Assembly (NCBI RefSeq): GCF_004010195.1
Contig: NW_025214728.1
Span: 1-43,017, forward strand
Length of the DNA: 43,017 nt
Direction of reading: 5' to 3'
Source: Chiloscyllium plagiosum
Taxonomy: Eukaryota
Under the pieces are notes generated by a model. The model had not been told where the DNA came from, did not search any database, and saw only the letters and a list, made by a program, of their open reading frames with translations. Each line of letters starts with the position of its first letter. The first letter of the stretch is position 1. Of this stretch, positions 24,415 to 36,271 are shown piece after piece. The position numbers were made by a program, and so were the translations under genes.

Positions 24415-25500
24415 AAACGACATGAAGAAATGGGATAGGAGGTTCATTAGACCAATCATTTACTCCTGTTCGCATCAAGCTTGCTCTGCCAAGCAATTAG
24501 ATCATGACCGATTTGAACCCTAACTCTATTTACTCATGGTATGGCACACCTCCCAAAATAATTCCCTTAGTTTGGAAAATGTCCAGCATCACCTACATTT
24601 TAGGAGATAATTTTCCTTTTGTACTGCATAGTGTGAAAAAAACGCTTCCTGATTTCATTCCCAAATGGCCCAGCTATATATTTTTAAATTATGCCCTGTT
24701 CATCTTGATTCCATTGTTATGGTTTCTCTGCATTTAATCTATCAAGTACATTTAACATCTTGAACAGATCTTTATTCGATCCTCTGCACTCAAGGTTACG
24801 AACTTATGTAACTATCCCCAGAATTTAACTGTTACCTCGTATTCTCTTGGTAAATCTGCACTGCACTTCTCCAATGATCAATATGTTCAGCTATTTTCAT
24901 GTTCCATTCTTCACAAGGGATGGAAATCAAATTGAGAGTCTGACTTGGTCAGACACTCAACAACTGGCTCACCATTGTCTTCAGACTATTTCAGATAATG
25001 GTCAACTGTCTCCTTTATCATACATGACCACTAGCATCATATCGCTTCTGTAATTAAAATTCCAAATGTCTTTGCTGCTCTGCAGTATCTAAGTTCTTGC
25101 AATTGATAAAATACTTGGTGATTTTTTTTAAATCCAAAGTGAGCAAACCTCACATTTGTGAAGATTGAACTCTATCTGTCACGTTTTTCCCAGTCTCAAT
25201 TTGCAAATGCCCTCTGCAACTGCCTGCTCCCATATGCACTATCCATTGTTACTCCTAACTTAGTGGCATCTCCAGATTTGGATACGCAACTTCCTATTTA
25301 TCCTTGGAGATCATTGTCCAGACACTTCCGGGAAGCCCCACTGGGCAGAGACAGCACACCCAAGTGCATATACGCTCAACTCCATGTTAGAGGCTGTGAA
25401 AAATTTCATGTGCTCCCAATTTTGCTCACTCATTGTAGAACCTTATTGCACACCTTCTGGAAGACAATTCATAGGTACACCTCTGTGCTTTATTAGTGGT
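24415..25500 (-). mobile_element. Very old CR1 remnants
   Basis: Reverse CR1-type tail near 24420-24520, GGTAAATCTGCACTGCAC, and AACTCTATCTGTCACG (reverse of WQIEFN-like). Confidence 0.45.
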
Positions 25501-25781
25501 CCAGCATGAAATGCACTCAAGAGTATAAATGATTTGGATTTACAATTTTTAACATGGATTTAATCGAAAATACAAACTTCCAAAATGCAAGTTTGAAAGA
25601 AAGAAAATGGCATTAAACCACGAGTTGTACATGATACAGTTTGTAGCATAACATGCACTTGCGCAAAAGTACAGAATGTAATAATATTTTGAAAAGGAAA
25701 AGTCACCACAGTCCCAAAGAATCACAGGGCTGCTCTCTCAGGAGAGATAACTGACAGCACGCTTAACCAGGGGGTCAATCA

Positions 25782-26352
25782 TTACAGGAGTTGGGAGGTC
25801 ATGTTGCAGGTGTACAAGACATTGGTTAAGCCACTTTTGAAATACTGCATTCAATTTTGATCTCCCTCTGATAGGGATGTTGTTGTTAAACTTGAAAGGC
25901 TTCAGAAAAGATTTACCAGGATGTTGCCAGGGTAGAAGAGTTTGAGCTACAGGGCGATGCTGAATAGGCTGACGCTATTTTTCCAAGGAGCATCGGAGTC
26001 TGAGGCGTGACCTTATAGACGTCTATAAATTCATGATGGGTATGGATAGGGTAAATAGCAAGGTCTTTTCCCAGGCTAGGGGAGTCCAAAACTAGAGGGG
26101 ATAGGATTAAGGTGAGAGTGGAAAGGTTTAAATGGGACCTAATGGGCAACGTTTTCATGCAGAGGGTAGTGCATGTATGGAATGAGCTGCTAGAGAAAAT
26201 GTAGGACGCTGGTACAATTACAACATTTAAAAAGGCATCTGGATGAGTATATGAATAGCAAGGGTTTGCTAGCCATATGATAGCAAATGGGACTAGATTA
26301 ATTTAGGATATCTGATTGACATGCACAAGTTGGACCGACGGGTCTGTTTCCA
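25782..26352 (+). mobile_element. CR1/HER1 LINE 3' end
   Basis: YKTLVKPLLKYCIQF, TRGDRIKV and VWNEL motifs; tail GGACCGACGGGTCTGTTTCC. Confidence 0.88.
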
Positions 26353-26355
26353 AGC

Positions 26356-26490
26356 TGGGATCCAGAGGGATCTGTTAACCTGTACACCCAAATCCCTCTG
26401 GACATCAATGCTTCGAAGAGTTCTGCCATTGATTGTACAATTTGTACCTGAATTTGATCTTCCAAAGTTGATCATCCCTCATTTGTCCAG
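26356..26490 (-). mobile_element. CR1 RT fragment in the opposite orientation
   Basis: MINFGRSN..INGRTLRSIDVQRDLGVQVNRSL. Confidence 0.75.
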
Positions 26491-27414
26491 ATATGCAAAA
26501 ATGCACAAATTTGGTAATATTCACAACATCAGAAGGAGGAAAACACTGGATCAATTCCTGAATATAGTCTTCAGATGAAATGGGATGGGAGCATGCAGAA
26601 CAACTGAACAGAACATAAAGACATAATTCAGCATGTGCTTTCCATGGTTCTTATAAGAAATCGCAAAGTGTTGATACAAATGCTGATTGAAGAACATAAT
26701 TAAAGCATGACAAATTTACAAATACAGTATTAATGTGGAAATAAGAAACCTGGTTGGAGAAAAGCTTTACAATGAAAGTAGGTACTTTTCTCTTAACAGG
26801 AAATAGACGTAGACAACAGATTTTTAATCTAATATTATGCAGATAGACATTTACCATCAGGCACAATACGACAGATTTTCACATGTCATGGAGTCATATT
26901 AATTTATAAAAGATTTTGCTGCTTACAATTAAAAAAACCTTGTGTTTGAAAAGTGTGATTGTCATCTATGTTTCATTTTTTTAAAAAATCATCCATAGTG
27001 TGATCACTACTGTTTAAGCAATGCACATAATGTTGCAAATTTTCAAAGCAAACATTTTCAAATCTCTAATTTCTGTACTTAATGTTATCCGGCTTCTGGC
27101 TTACTATACTCCATATGACACTGCTTACTCACTCTTCCTCAAAATTTCGAAAGGATACAGCTATTTTTCAGCTAGAATCGGAGGTACATGGAAATCCTAT
27201 GTCTATACCTCAGAAATGTGACCCGGTCGCTCTAAGCAAGTACATCACTTCCAATTCACTAATACCCACCTTGAACACATCAATTGGGAAATAAATATCA
27301 GAGATACGCCCACATTTTGTAATTGGCCTTAAAACTAGTCTGAAAGAGGAACTTCAAGCTTGGGGTTGTTTATAGATGATACTTTGCTTTCAAATCCTAC
27401 TTTTTAATGGTAAG

Positions 27415-27665
27415 ATTGGCACTTATCTAAGACCTTTTAATGACCTCAATTTCACAAAGCACTTTAAGACAGCAGACATAGCATCCCATTTTCACCTTGC
27501 AAGCTGCCACAAAAACAGCAACATGATAACCATCAGTTAATCTATTTTTTTCTCATTGATCAAGGAATATATCTTAGCAGGATATTGGGGTTAACGCCCT
27601 TGATCTTCAAAACAGTACAATGGGATCTTATACATACACCCAAGAAAGCAGGTCAGGTCTTTATC
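27415..27665 (-). mobile_element. Deu-domain SINE remnant (SacSINE1/AmnSINE1-like) with L2-type tail
   Basis: The reverse complement resembles the Deu domain as recalled (GATCCCATTGTACTGTTTTGAAGA..ATATATTCCTTGATCAA..CATGTTGCTGTTTTTGTGGCAGCTTGC..AAAGTGCTTTG..GAGGTCATTAAAAGG). Confidence 0.55.
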
Positions 27666-27789
27666 TCAAAGGCTGGCAGGTTGATCTTCAACTGGTGTGG
27701 AAAATGAACTTGTACAGTTGTTGTCAGTCTGCACTGCAAACCAACCATTCAGTCAACTGATTTAACCAAATCCCAATATCTTGTACATG

Positions 27790-28110
27790 TCTATCAAATG
27801 TCTCTTTCAATCTCCTGAGCTCGAATGAAAACAAAGCTGGCTTCACCAACCTATCTTTTGAGCTAAAATCCTTTGTCTGGGAGAACTATTCAGACATCTG
27901 TTCTACACCTTTTTATGTACCTGCAATAGTGTCCAGATCTGGACACAATACTCTAGCTGTGGCCCAACCAGAGATTTATACACGTTCAGCATAACCTCCC
28001 TGTTTTTGTATTCAATATTACAACTTATAAGCCCAATATCTAATGTGCTTTCAACACAGCTTACTCAACATGTCCTGCAGTTTCACAGACTTTTGCACAT
28101 GAACCTCCAG
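27790..28110 (-). mobile_element. Old CR1 fragment
   Basis: CCAGATCTGGACACAATACTCTAG is the reverse of LEYCVQIW. Confidence 0.6.
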
Positions 28111-28227
28111 AAGGAAGGGTCCATCAGCTCAGCTGGCTGGACAGATGATTTATGATGCAGCATTGCTGACTGCCATACTGGAGGTTACCATGAAGCACTC
28201 ACTTTCTCAACCTCTCCCCCTAAAACC

Positions 28228-29140
28228 CTAAGACATAGGAGCAGAAGTTAGGCCGTTCAGCTCATTGAGTCTGCTCTGACATTCGATCATGGCTGATAAG
28301 TGCTCAATTTCTCCTTCAGATAAGTTTCTTAACACCATTCTCCCACTTTGTCCCCATAACCCTTGATTGCCTTGACAATCAAGTACCTATCTATCTCAGT
28401 CTTAAATACACTAAATGACCTTGCCTCCACAGCCTTCTGTGGCAATGAATTCCACACATTCACCACGCTCTGGCTGAAGAAGTTTCTCCTTACCTCTGTT
28501 CTAAAAGGTCTTCCCTTTACTCTAAGGCTGTGCCCTTGGGTCCGAGTCTCTCCTATCAAAGGAAACATCTCCTCAACATCCATTCTGTCCAGGACATTCA
28601 GTAATTTCTAAGTTACAATTAGATCCCCCTCATCCTTCTAAACTCCTACCGAGTATAGACCCAGAGACCTCAAATGTTCTTCACATATTAAGCTTTACAT
28701 TCCTGGGACTATTCTCATGAACCTCCTCTGAGCACACTCCAGGGCCAGTACATCTTTCCAGCAATATGAGGCTCAAAATTGCACACAATATTCCCAATGT
28801 GGTCTGACCAGAGCTTTATCGAGCCTCCCAAGTACATCCCTGCTTTTATATTAAAGTCCTCTCAAAATAAATGCTATCACTGCATTGCCTTTTTGACTAC
28901 TGATTCAACCTGCATGTTTACCTTGAGAGAATCGAGGACTAGAATCTTTGCACTTCAGATTTGTGAATCTTCTCCCCATTTAGAAAGTAGTTGGAAGAAT
29001 GGTGGCATGGACTAAGTGCATAACTTCTCACATTCCCACATTGCACTCCATTTGCCACTTCTTTGCCCATTCTCCCAATGTGTCTATATCCTTGTGCAGC
29101 CTCCCCGCCCCTCAATGCTATCTGTTACCCCTCCTATCTG
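28228..29140 (-). mobile_element. CR1 LINE 3' end
   Basis: ORF 28329-28583 TRTQGHSLRVKG..FFSQSVVNVWNSLP; reverse tail CATAGGAGCAGAAGTTAGGCCGTTCAG. Confidence 0.9.
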
Positions 29141-29474
29141 TGTATTGGCTGCAAACTGCTTTGAGTCACATTGACAGTTGGATTAAATGACTACTAGTCA
29201 TCTCTCTAATGAGAAAGCACCCCTGTGGTCCAGTCAGACTTTTATGTTCCTGTACACACTGGAATTATGCCATTTAATCTATATTGCTTCTCCTTATTCC
29301 TTTGTCAAAATACATCACCTTACACTTCTTTCTGCCACTTGCTTTCCCATTCTGCTAACCTTTCTATGCCCCGATGCAGTCAACCCATATTTCCCCATCA
29401 CTTACATTTCATTGTAAAATCTGAAATTTTATTCTGCATTCCAACCAGAAGTCACATCATGAACTAATGGTCAT

Positions 29475-29699
29475 AGCAACAGTTTCTACCCTACTGCTGT
29501 TAGAATACTGAACGGACTCAAACTCTTAACATTCACCTGTACCTATGTTTTTGTTTCTGCCACTGTTTACCTATTATTTACTATCTATACTACTTAACTA
29601 TGTGATCTGCCTGTTTTGCTCGCAAGACAAGGTTTTTCACTGTGCCTTGGTAAACGTGACAATAAATTCAATTCAAATTCAAAAAATTCAAATTCAATT
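29475..29699 (+). mobile_element. Rex1/Babar-like LINE 3' end
   Basis: SNSFYPTAVRILN C-terminal motif and a 3' UTR ending GTGACAATAAA plus (ATTCAA)n. Confidence 0.6.
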
Positions 29700-30094
29700 A
29701 CCCTCAGAAAACAATAATACTGTCTTCCAATCTGAGAAACAACCATATGTCATCATGTTTACTGTCTTTCTGTCTTTTTCTTTCAAATCCAAGTTACCAT
29801 TCATCTTTCTATTCCAAGTCACAATTTTATTTACCAGCCCTTGACTTTGACAATGGCTTTCTTAAAACCCATATAAATATCCAATGCATTTTCTTCTATT
29901 TTTTGGTGTATCTTCATCAAAAACATTAGTCAAACACAATGTGACATTTACAAATCCACAATGGCTATCCTTAATTAACTCAAATATTCCCAAGTGCCTG
30001 TTGACTTTTGCTGCAATTCCCTGATTTTTGCTTTCACTAATGATCATCAACCAGGAGGCCTGCAGTTGTTAGGGCTATCCTTACAGGTGTTTTT

Positions 30095-30438
30095 AAAATT
30101 CAACCACAGGACATGGATGTGGCTGGCCAGGGTAGTATTTGTTAGCCAGTAATTTGGTAATTGAGGGTCAACTACATTGCCGTGGGTCAGGAGGGACATG
30201 AAGGCCAGACCGGATAAAAATGGCAGATTTCCTTCCCCGAAGGACATCAGTGAATCAGATGGATTTTACCAACAATAGCAACAGTTTCATGGTCACCATT
30301 AGACTCTGAAGCCCAGATTTTTAATGAATTCAAATTGCACATCTGCCATTGTGAGATTTGAACTTGGCTCAGCAGAACCTTATCTGGACCGCTGCTTTAA
30401 TAGTCCAGTGACAATATCACTCGGTCATTGCCTCCCCT
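30095..30438 (-). mobile_element. tRNA-headed SINE with a tail like the LINE at 3750-4460 and 13095
   Basis: Minus strand begins GGGGAGGCAATGACCGAGTGATATTGTCACTGGACTA..AGTTCAAATCTCAC (A- and B-box-like). Confidence 0.55.
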
Positions 30439-31149
30439 ACTAATCCCACATTAAATAAGGGTGTCACAAATGCCAAACTATAATCCTTTGGCAACTCTCC
30501 ACACCTAGGTAAGATAAGAAGATTATGGCAAAGCCCTCTGCTATCTCCATCACCACTTCTTTTAGCAACTGGGGTTGCTGTTGGGAGTCCTCGGTTAATG
30601 CTGATTTTATTTTTGTTTTAATTATTGCTTCTTAAACCTTACCTAGGAAGATGGTAAACTGACAGGCCTGTAGCTAACATAACATGAGCCCACAAGCTGA
30701 GTGTTGCATAAATCCTAGAAGTTTGTCAAGGCCAAGATTTTACTGACCAATATATTAAACAGAACAGTACAACCAAATATGTATAACCAATACTGAATTA
30801 TGAAACCATATCAATCTCAGAATTTACAGGTAGTAGCATCATTTTTTTTGTCTAATCTGTATTTGTTCAGCACAGGTATTTCTATCTCAATCAAGTGGAA
30901 GAATGAATCAAATAAATATCTGTTTGCAACATGAGAACTAAGAAACTGTAATCACAGCATCACAAGTTTCTGCTTAGCTACATAAGATGATGAGAAGTAA
31001 TCCACAGTCAAAATACTAACTGTAGAACAAATTTCAGTGGAGTAAAAACAAATCCAGACAAAGACCACAGACAAAATTCTAAGAGACCAAATGTGCTGTC
31101 CTAAAGAAGATGCTTCAGCTCTAGTCAAGATATATTTCAGTACAGGAAA

Positions 31150-31795
31150 AGTAGGTCAACAAAAGCCATGGATGACTAAAGCAACAAAGAATAAGATTAA
31201 AATGGAAAAATGTGCAGTTCACAGGTATCAGCTTGATCATACAAGTGAGAATCAACCTGCATGTATAAACCTCAGAAAGGAGGAGAAAAATGACTAAAAG
31301 AGGCAAGAAGATAACAAGGAGACAGCACTTGAATGGGAATCTAAAGTCTTCTATTGACTTACAAATAATAAAAGGGTAACAAGAGATGAAGTGTAGCAGG
31401 GAGGCAATGGTCAGGCTGATTTGTACCTGCATTTATCAAAGAAGATACTGTCAAAGTAACAGTGCAAAAGAGGAGGTTGGTGGGTTACTCCTCTATCGAG
31501 AAAATTTAACTGCACTTAAAGTTGATAAATCACTAGGAGGGACGGAATACATCCAAATATGCTGAGAAAAATGTGGAAATTACATAAGCACAACCCATAA
31601 TCTTCAAAATTCCCATGTGGTGCTGGAGAACAGAATTTCAAGTACTACACACTTGTTCAAGTGGAAGTGGAAGGATTAATGCATCAAGTTTAGGCTAATC
31701 GGTTCAACATTGATGGCAAACACATTTTTAACAAATTATGATCCTGGATGAAATTAACAGTCACTGAATAAAGATAGATAGCATCATGGATTTGC
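31150..31795 (+). mobile_element. Very old CR1 ORF2 remnant
   Basis: KPWMTK, KVDKSLG..IHP and QHGF-like motifs. Confidence 0.5.
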
Positions 31796-32176
31796 TTTTC
31801 CTTAACTATCTGTTTTATTGTCACTCCAGCTGTAAAATCTGGGCCATTGGGTTTAGGGGCAAACAAATACTAGCCAACCATCCCAACAAGTCACTGTGAC
31901 TTGCAAATATTAAGATCTAATATTTGGACTAAGATATAAATGTTGTGAATAGTTACTAAACCTCAATGGCATTGAAAAAAAATATATAGGGACAACTGAG
32001 GTCAGAAAAAGCACTGGCCATATTTCTCAATTCTCAAATTGATCCACAGATCTGACATGCATAATCTGTGAATTAAGTTGAAACATGCCAAGCTTCCAAA
32101 AGTGAAATACTCAATAATTAAACAAAATTCCCCATTATCTGGATTTATAGTCCAAGTTCTCATGTTTGAGCACACT

Positions 32177-32443
32177 TTAGATTAGATTAGATTACTTACA
32201 GTGTGGAAACAGGCCCTTCGGCCCAACTCACAGCGCCAGAGACCCGGGTTCAATTCCCGCCTCAGGCGACTCTGTGTGGAACGTGCACATTCTCCCCGTG
32301 TCTGCGTGGGTTTCCTACGGGTGCTCCAGTTTCCTCCCACAGTCCAAAAAATGTGCAGGTTAGGTAAATTGGCCAAGTTAAATTGCCCGTAGTGTTAGAT
32401 GAAGGGGTAAATGTAGGGGAATGGGTCTGGGTGGTTGCGCTTC
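32177..32443. mobile_element. HE1 SINE with internal inversion (tail on minus, body on plus)
   Basis: 32177-32227 is the reverse tail (ATTAG)n..GGCCCTTCGGCCCAAC; 32227-32443 is the forward body CTCACAGCGCC..GTTGCGCTTC. Confidence 0.85.
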
Positions 32444-32889
32444 ACACAATTTAGGTAATAAAAGATTCAATGGTTGTATCTGGTGTTTGACAGCACTGAA
32501 GGAAAAACTGCATTTAACAAGACACTACAAGGTGAATGCATTGTGTTGGCAAAGACCAAGAGATCTCTTTACAAGAGTTTACAGAACCCTGGTTCTTTGA
32601 CCTGTTGCAAGTTCAAGCAAGTAGAACACTTATTTAAACCACAGCTGGAGCTTTGAGTAAACAAGCAAACATGTCATACAAAGTGCTAAAAACATTTGGA
32701 TTTTCAGTTTAAAAATAGTGATTAGTGGTATTAAAATGTTAGAAAATTAAGTCCAGATTTTATGCTAGTTTTCAGATTTTTTTAAAGAAAGTATTAAGAA
32801 CTTTCTTTGAAGTAGAAAGACATCTATAAATAGCAATACTAGACCAGTTTCACGCTGAAGCCAGTCAGGAAGATGTCTGCAAACCAAAA

Positions 32890-33500
32890 ACAGCCCTTAC
32901 TTGTCATCAACTCCACCTCAATCAAACTATTCTCTTGAGCAAACCTTCTGCATCATTGTTGCTCTATTCAACCATCAGCTGAGTTTGATTCCTCATATTC
33001 TCTCAATCTGCAAGATCACTTACTTTCACTTCTACAAGGCCTTAAACTTACTTTCATCTCGGGCCCTCCACTACTAAAACATCAACAGCTCTTTCACATT
33101 TCCAGATTCAACAATGTCCTAACTGACCTCCAACGGATACTCCTTAAAATCCTAACTTGTACAATGCTTTCACACTTACATCTTACTTGCACCAAGTCCT
33201 GCACATTCACAATCTTCATCCTTCTTGCTCAACATTAGTTTCCAGCCATTAAATTTAAACCCTATTTTCTTCTGAAATAATTTAATTATTTTTTCCATTC
33301 TATTCTGCCAATCTCATGAGCCCTGTATACTTTGTAATCACAATGTTCCTTTGACCTCAACCAATCTTTGTACTTTCTCATTGGCAAAAGAATGTGTCAC
33401 CTCAGTCCTACTCTCTCGAATACCCTCCAAAGGCTCTGTCACTTTACTTCTCACATATCCCTTCAGAACTTTGAGTCTTTTCAACAAGGTTTCACTAATT
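32890..33500 (+). mobile_element. Very old L2-like LINE remnant
   Basis: C/T-rich degenerate L2 3' motifs (ATTAAATTTAAA, CTCGAATACCCTCC reading xNTLP). Confidence 0.3.
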
Positions 33501-34699
33501 CTGACAAAATTTCCCCAATAGTGCAGCATCCCATTTCCTTGTGCATTTGATGAGGACTTGGGAATATTTATTTCCATTAAATGCACTCTATGAAGAAACT
33601 CAACCTCATAACTGAGGTGTCTGAGTGTTTTCAAAAGCTAATGGTATAGCGCATCAGCATAAATGTACAAGGAAAATAGGACCAAAATGAAATAGATCAG
33701 AACAGTTTTGGAAAAGCACTCAACAATCACACAAGCAAAATGATTCCATAAATAAGACATTTACTGCTGCTTCCTAACACAGCTTTGAATAAACTGAAAA
33801 ACCTATACTATGTACTAAAACACTCAAAGTTGAATTTTGCTGATACAAATGATATTGAATTCCAGTCAGCCTCTGTTACATCAACTTTGAATGTCAACTG
33901 AACATCACTGATAATGACATTATTGTGGTTCATTGATCACCACATAAAATTCATGAATCCTTCAATTGTAGCCACAAACTGAGCTAATAGTTAAAACTAA
34001 TCCTTTAGGACAAAGTTCTAAAGTTAAAAGAGGGTAAAATCTTTTCACATTCATTTTTACAGGACTTGAAAGAAATTAAAGGTCCACAGTTAACTGAGTG
34101 AAACAAACAGATCTACATGTTTTTTTTTTTCAGCAGTTTCTCTCCGGAAAGGAAATTCATATTAGTGACAGGTCAGCTTGTGATATTCTGTCTTCACAGC
34201 AGAAATCTGACAGGTCAACAAAACTTGATCCGTCAGTGCAGGGTATCAGTCCCAAGCACCACCTGTCATCTGCCTTTGACAGACCTCCAGCGTCCTCCGT
34301 CTGGGGGTGGATTTCAAGAGGCACATTAAAAACACACACACACCAGTAGGATCGCCTACTCTACACAAATACACACTGACAGCCAAGTCACTACTGATCG
34401 GGGCAGTAGGATTGGCACCGACGGGGTGAAAACCACATACAGACACGGTAAAACATCCTCCCGTTAAAACAAAACACGATGGACACAGACGCATTTACAG
34501 TAACAGGCGGAGGTGGGGTAAGGGGGAGTGGGCTGGGCTGACCTCGACCCCCCACCACCACCACCACAAAAAAAAGGAGAAAAATTAGAAAGGCAGCCCG
34601 ATTAAAACGTGCAGGAGGAGAGTGACCGTTAAATAAACTCTTGACGGGGACACAGGCTGGCACGGCACTGAAGAGCAAAGGTGAAACACGGCGCGGGGT

Positions 34700-35460
34700 A
34701 AACCGGCTCCTTGGATCCGGGGCTGGTTTCCGCTGCGTGGCCTCGCACACTGCGTGGAAAGTAAGGCATCCCCCACGGTGTGCGTCTGCACGGTCACACT
34801 CCCTGGGCGTCCATTTGACGGTGAACTCACCACTTGGTAGCGACTGCAGGCCTCCATCGCTCTCTCTCGCTGCCTCGGCGTCCGCCTCTCACAAATGTCC
34901 GTTAGCCGCAACTCGGTCCCGGGATCCTTTCCCTGCCGCCCGAACTCGGTCCTCCTTTACCCTGCTTTCGAATCCCGCTTCCTTTTCTTCCTAATCTCTT
35001 CACACACACTCTCTCTCTCTTTCTCTGTCACACACGCACTATTCCAGCACTCGGCCGGACGATTCGAAAATCAACGATCCGCAGACACGGACACACAAAC
35101 AAAAAAAAAATCCCCCGGCTCTGCGCCTGCGCGAACCCAGCCGGCACGGCCCTTTGTGACGTCTCGCCTCCAGCCACGGAACCAAGGAGAGGCGCGGCCG
35201 GGCTGTCCCCGCCCACTTCCTCGTCGGCCACGCCCTTTCGCCCGCAGGCCACGCCCCCTCACCGCCGACTCGTCAGCGGAGCTCCAGCCCAGGAAGAAAT
35301 GTTCCGTGACTAAGCGAAGATGTTGCTGTGGTGAGCAGTTTCCTTTGGACTTCCCCTGCTGGAAACATTGCGCCCTGAGGTGGGGTTTACCCCAGAGAGC
35401 GCCAAATCCCCTCCCCCTCAACCCAACTCTTTAAAACAGGAAAAACAGCAAAGCCGTACG
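34700..35460 (-). promoter_or_regulatory. CpG-island promoter of a minus-strand gene
   Basis: High CpG density against a CpG-depleted background; NRF1-like GCGCCTGCGC (35123-35132), CRE-like TGACGTCT (35157-35164), Sp/KLF boxes CCCCGCCCAC (35207-35216) and GGCCACGCCC (35226-35235, 35247-35256), ETS-like ACTTCC (35215-35220). Confidence 0.85.
34831..34857 (-). CDS. Coding part of the first exon, MEACSRYQV (unidentified gene; could be a uORF)
   Basis: Strong Kozak context GCG-ATG-G, 9 codons, then a consensus donor GTG|GTGAGT (34830-34825), immediately downstream of the promoter motifs. Confidence 0.6.
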
Positions 35461-35629
35461 TTAGCCGCTGGTTCTGAATCGAAAGAAGGGTGAAACTTTT
35501 TCTCTCTCTTCGAAGGATGGTCTTGGTTGAGCTCCCTGACCTAGCTCTTTTAGAAACATTATTTTCTGCTTCACCCGTTCTCCTCTTTGGTCTTCCACTG
35601 TCCCAAATGCATGTCCATGCATCTTTCCC

Positions 35630-36047
35630 GTGATTTGGAGGAGCCGGTGTTGGACTGGGGTGTACAAAGTTAAAAATTACACAACACCAGGTTATTGTCC
35701 AACGGGTTTAATTAGAAGCACTAGCAATGGGCGGCACGGTAGCACTGCTGCCTCACAGCGCCAGAGACCCTGGTTCAATTCCCGCCACAGGCGACTGTGT
35801 GTGGAGTTTGCACATTCTCCCTGTGTCTGCGTGGGTTTCCTCCCACAGTCCAAAAATGTGCAGGTTAGGTGAATTGGCCATGCTAAATTGCCCGTAGTGT
35901 TAGGTGAAGGGGTAAATGTAGGGGAATGGGTCTGGGTGGGTTGCGCGTCGGTGGGGACTTGTTGGGTCGAAGGGCCTGTTTCATCAGGTGGTGAAGGAGC
36001 AACGCTCCAAAAGTTAGTGCTTCAAATTAAACCTGTTGTGTGATTTC
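35630..36047 (-). mobile_element. Palindromic PLE-derived element, copy 3 (reverse orientation), disrupted by an HE1 SINE
   Basis: TGATTTGGAG..CCGGTGTTGGACTGGGGTGTACAAAGTTAAAAA is the reverse of the copy 1 tail; the second arm is at 35983-36046; possible TSD TCTTTCCC (35622-35629 and 36050-36057). Confidence 0.7.
35729..35982 (+). mobile_element. HE1 SINE with small deletions and no tail repeat
   Basis: GGGCGGCACGGT..GGTTCAATTCC, V-domain, ends at GAAGGGCCTGTTTC. Confidence 0.88.
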
Positions 36048-36059
36048 TGTCTTTCCCAC

Positions 36060-36270
36060 AACTTCCTTAAGTTAGGCTTCTGCCCTCACCACATTGTCAA
36101 AACGCATTTTAACAAAGTCAGATACACTATAAGAAATGCTCATGACCTACTCAATCTGTCCAGAGCCTTTTACACAGATGACATCTCGCCCCAAGGCCTC
36201 TCTATTGTCTCCTTGATGGGACTGCAGTCACCACATTCAATTCCTACCTATCCTCATGTAGCCAGAGAAA
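36060..36270 (+). mobile_element. Old L2 RT remnant, continuing at about 37883-37960 and 40620-40680
   Basis: L2-like TTCTGCCCTCACCAC, GACCTACTCAATCTGTCCAGAGCCTTT (LLDLSxAF-like) and TTCCTACCTATCC..GCCAGAGA; then GATGTCCCTCAG and GCCAATGACACA in the later pieces. Confidence 0.45.
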
Positions 36271-36271
36271 C

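Noticed and set aside
34391..35434. ORFs of 108-179 aa around the CpG island
   Set aside because: GC-rich, stop-poor sequence with low-complexity translations; the splice donor after codon 9 explains the region better.
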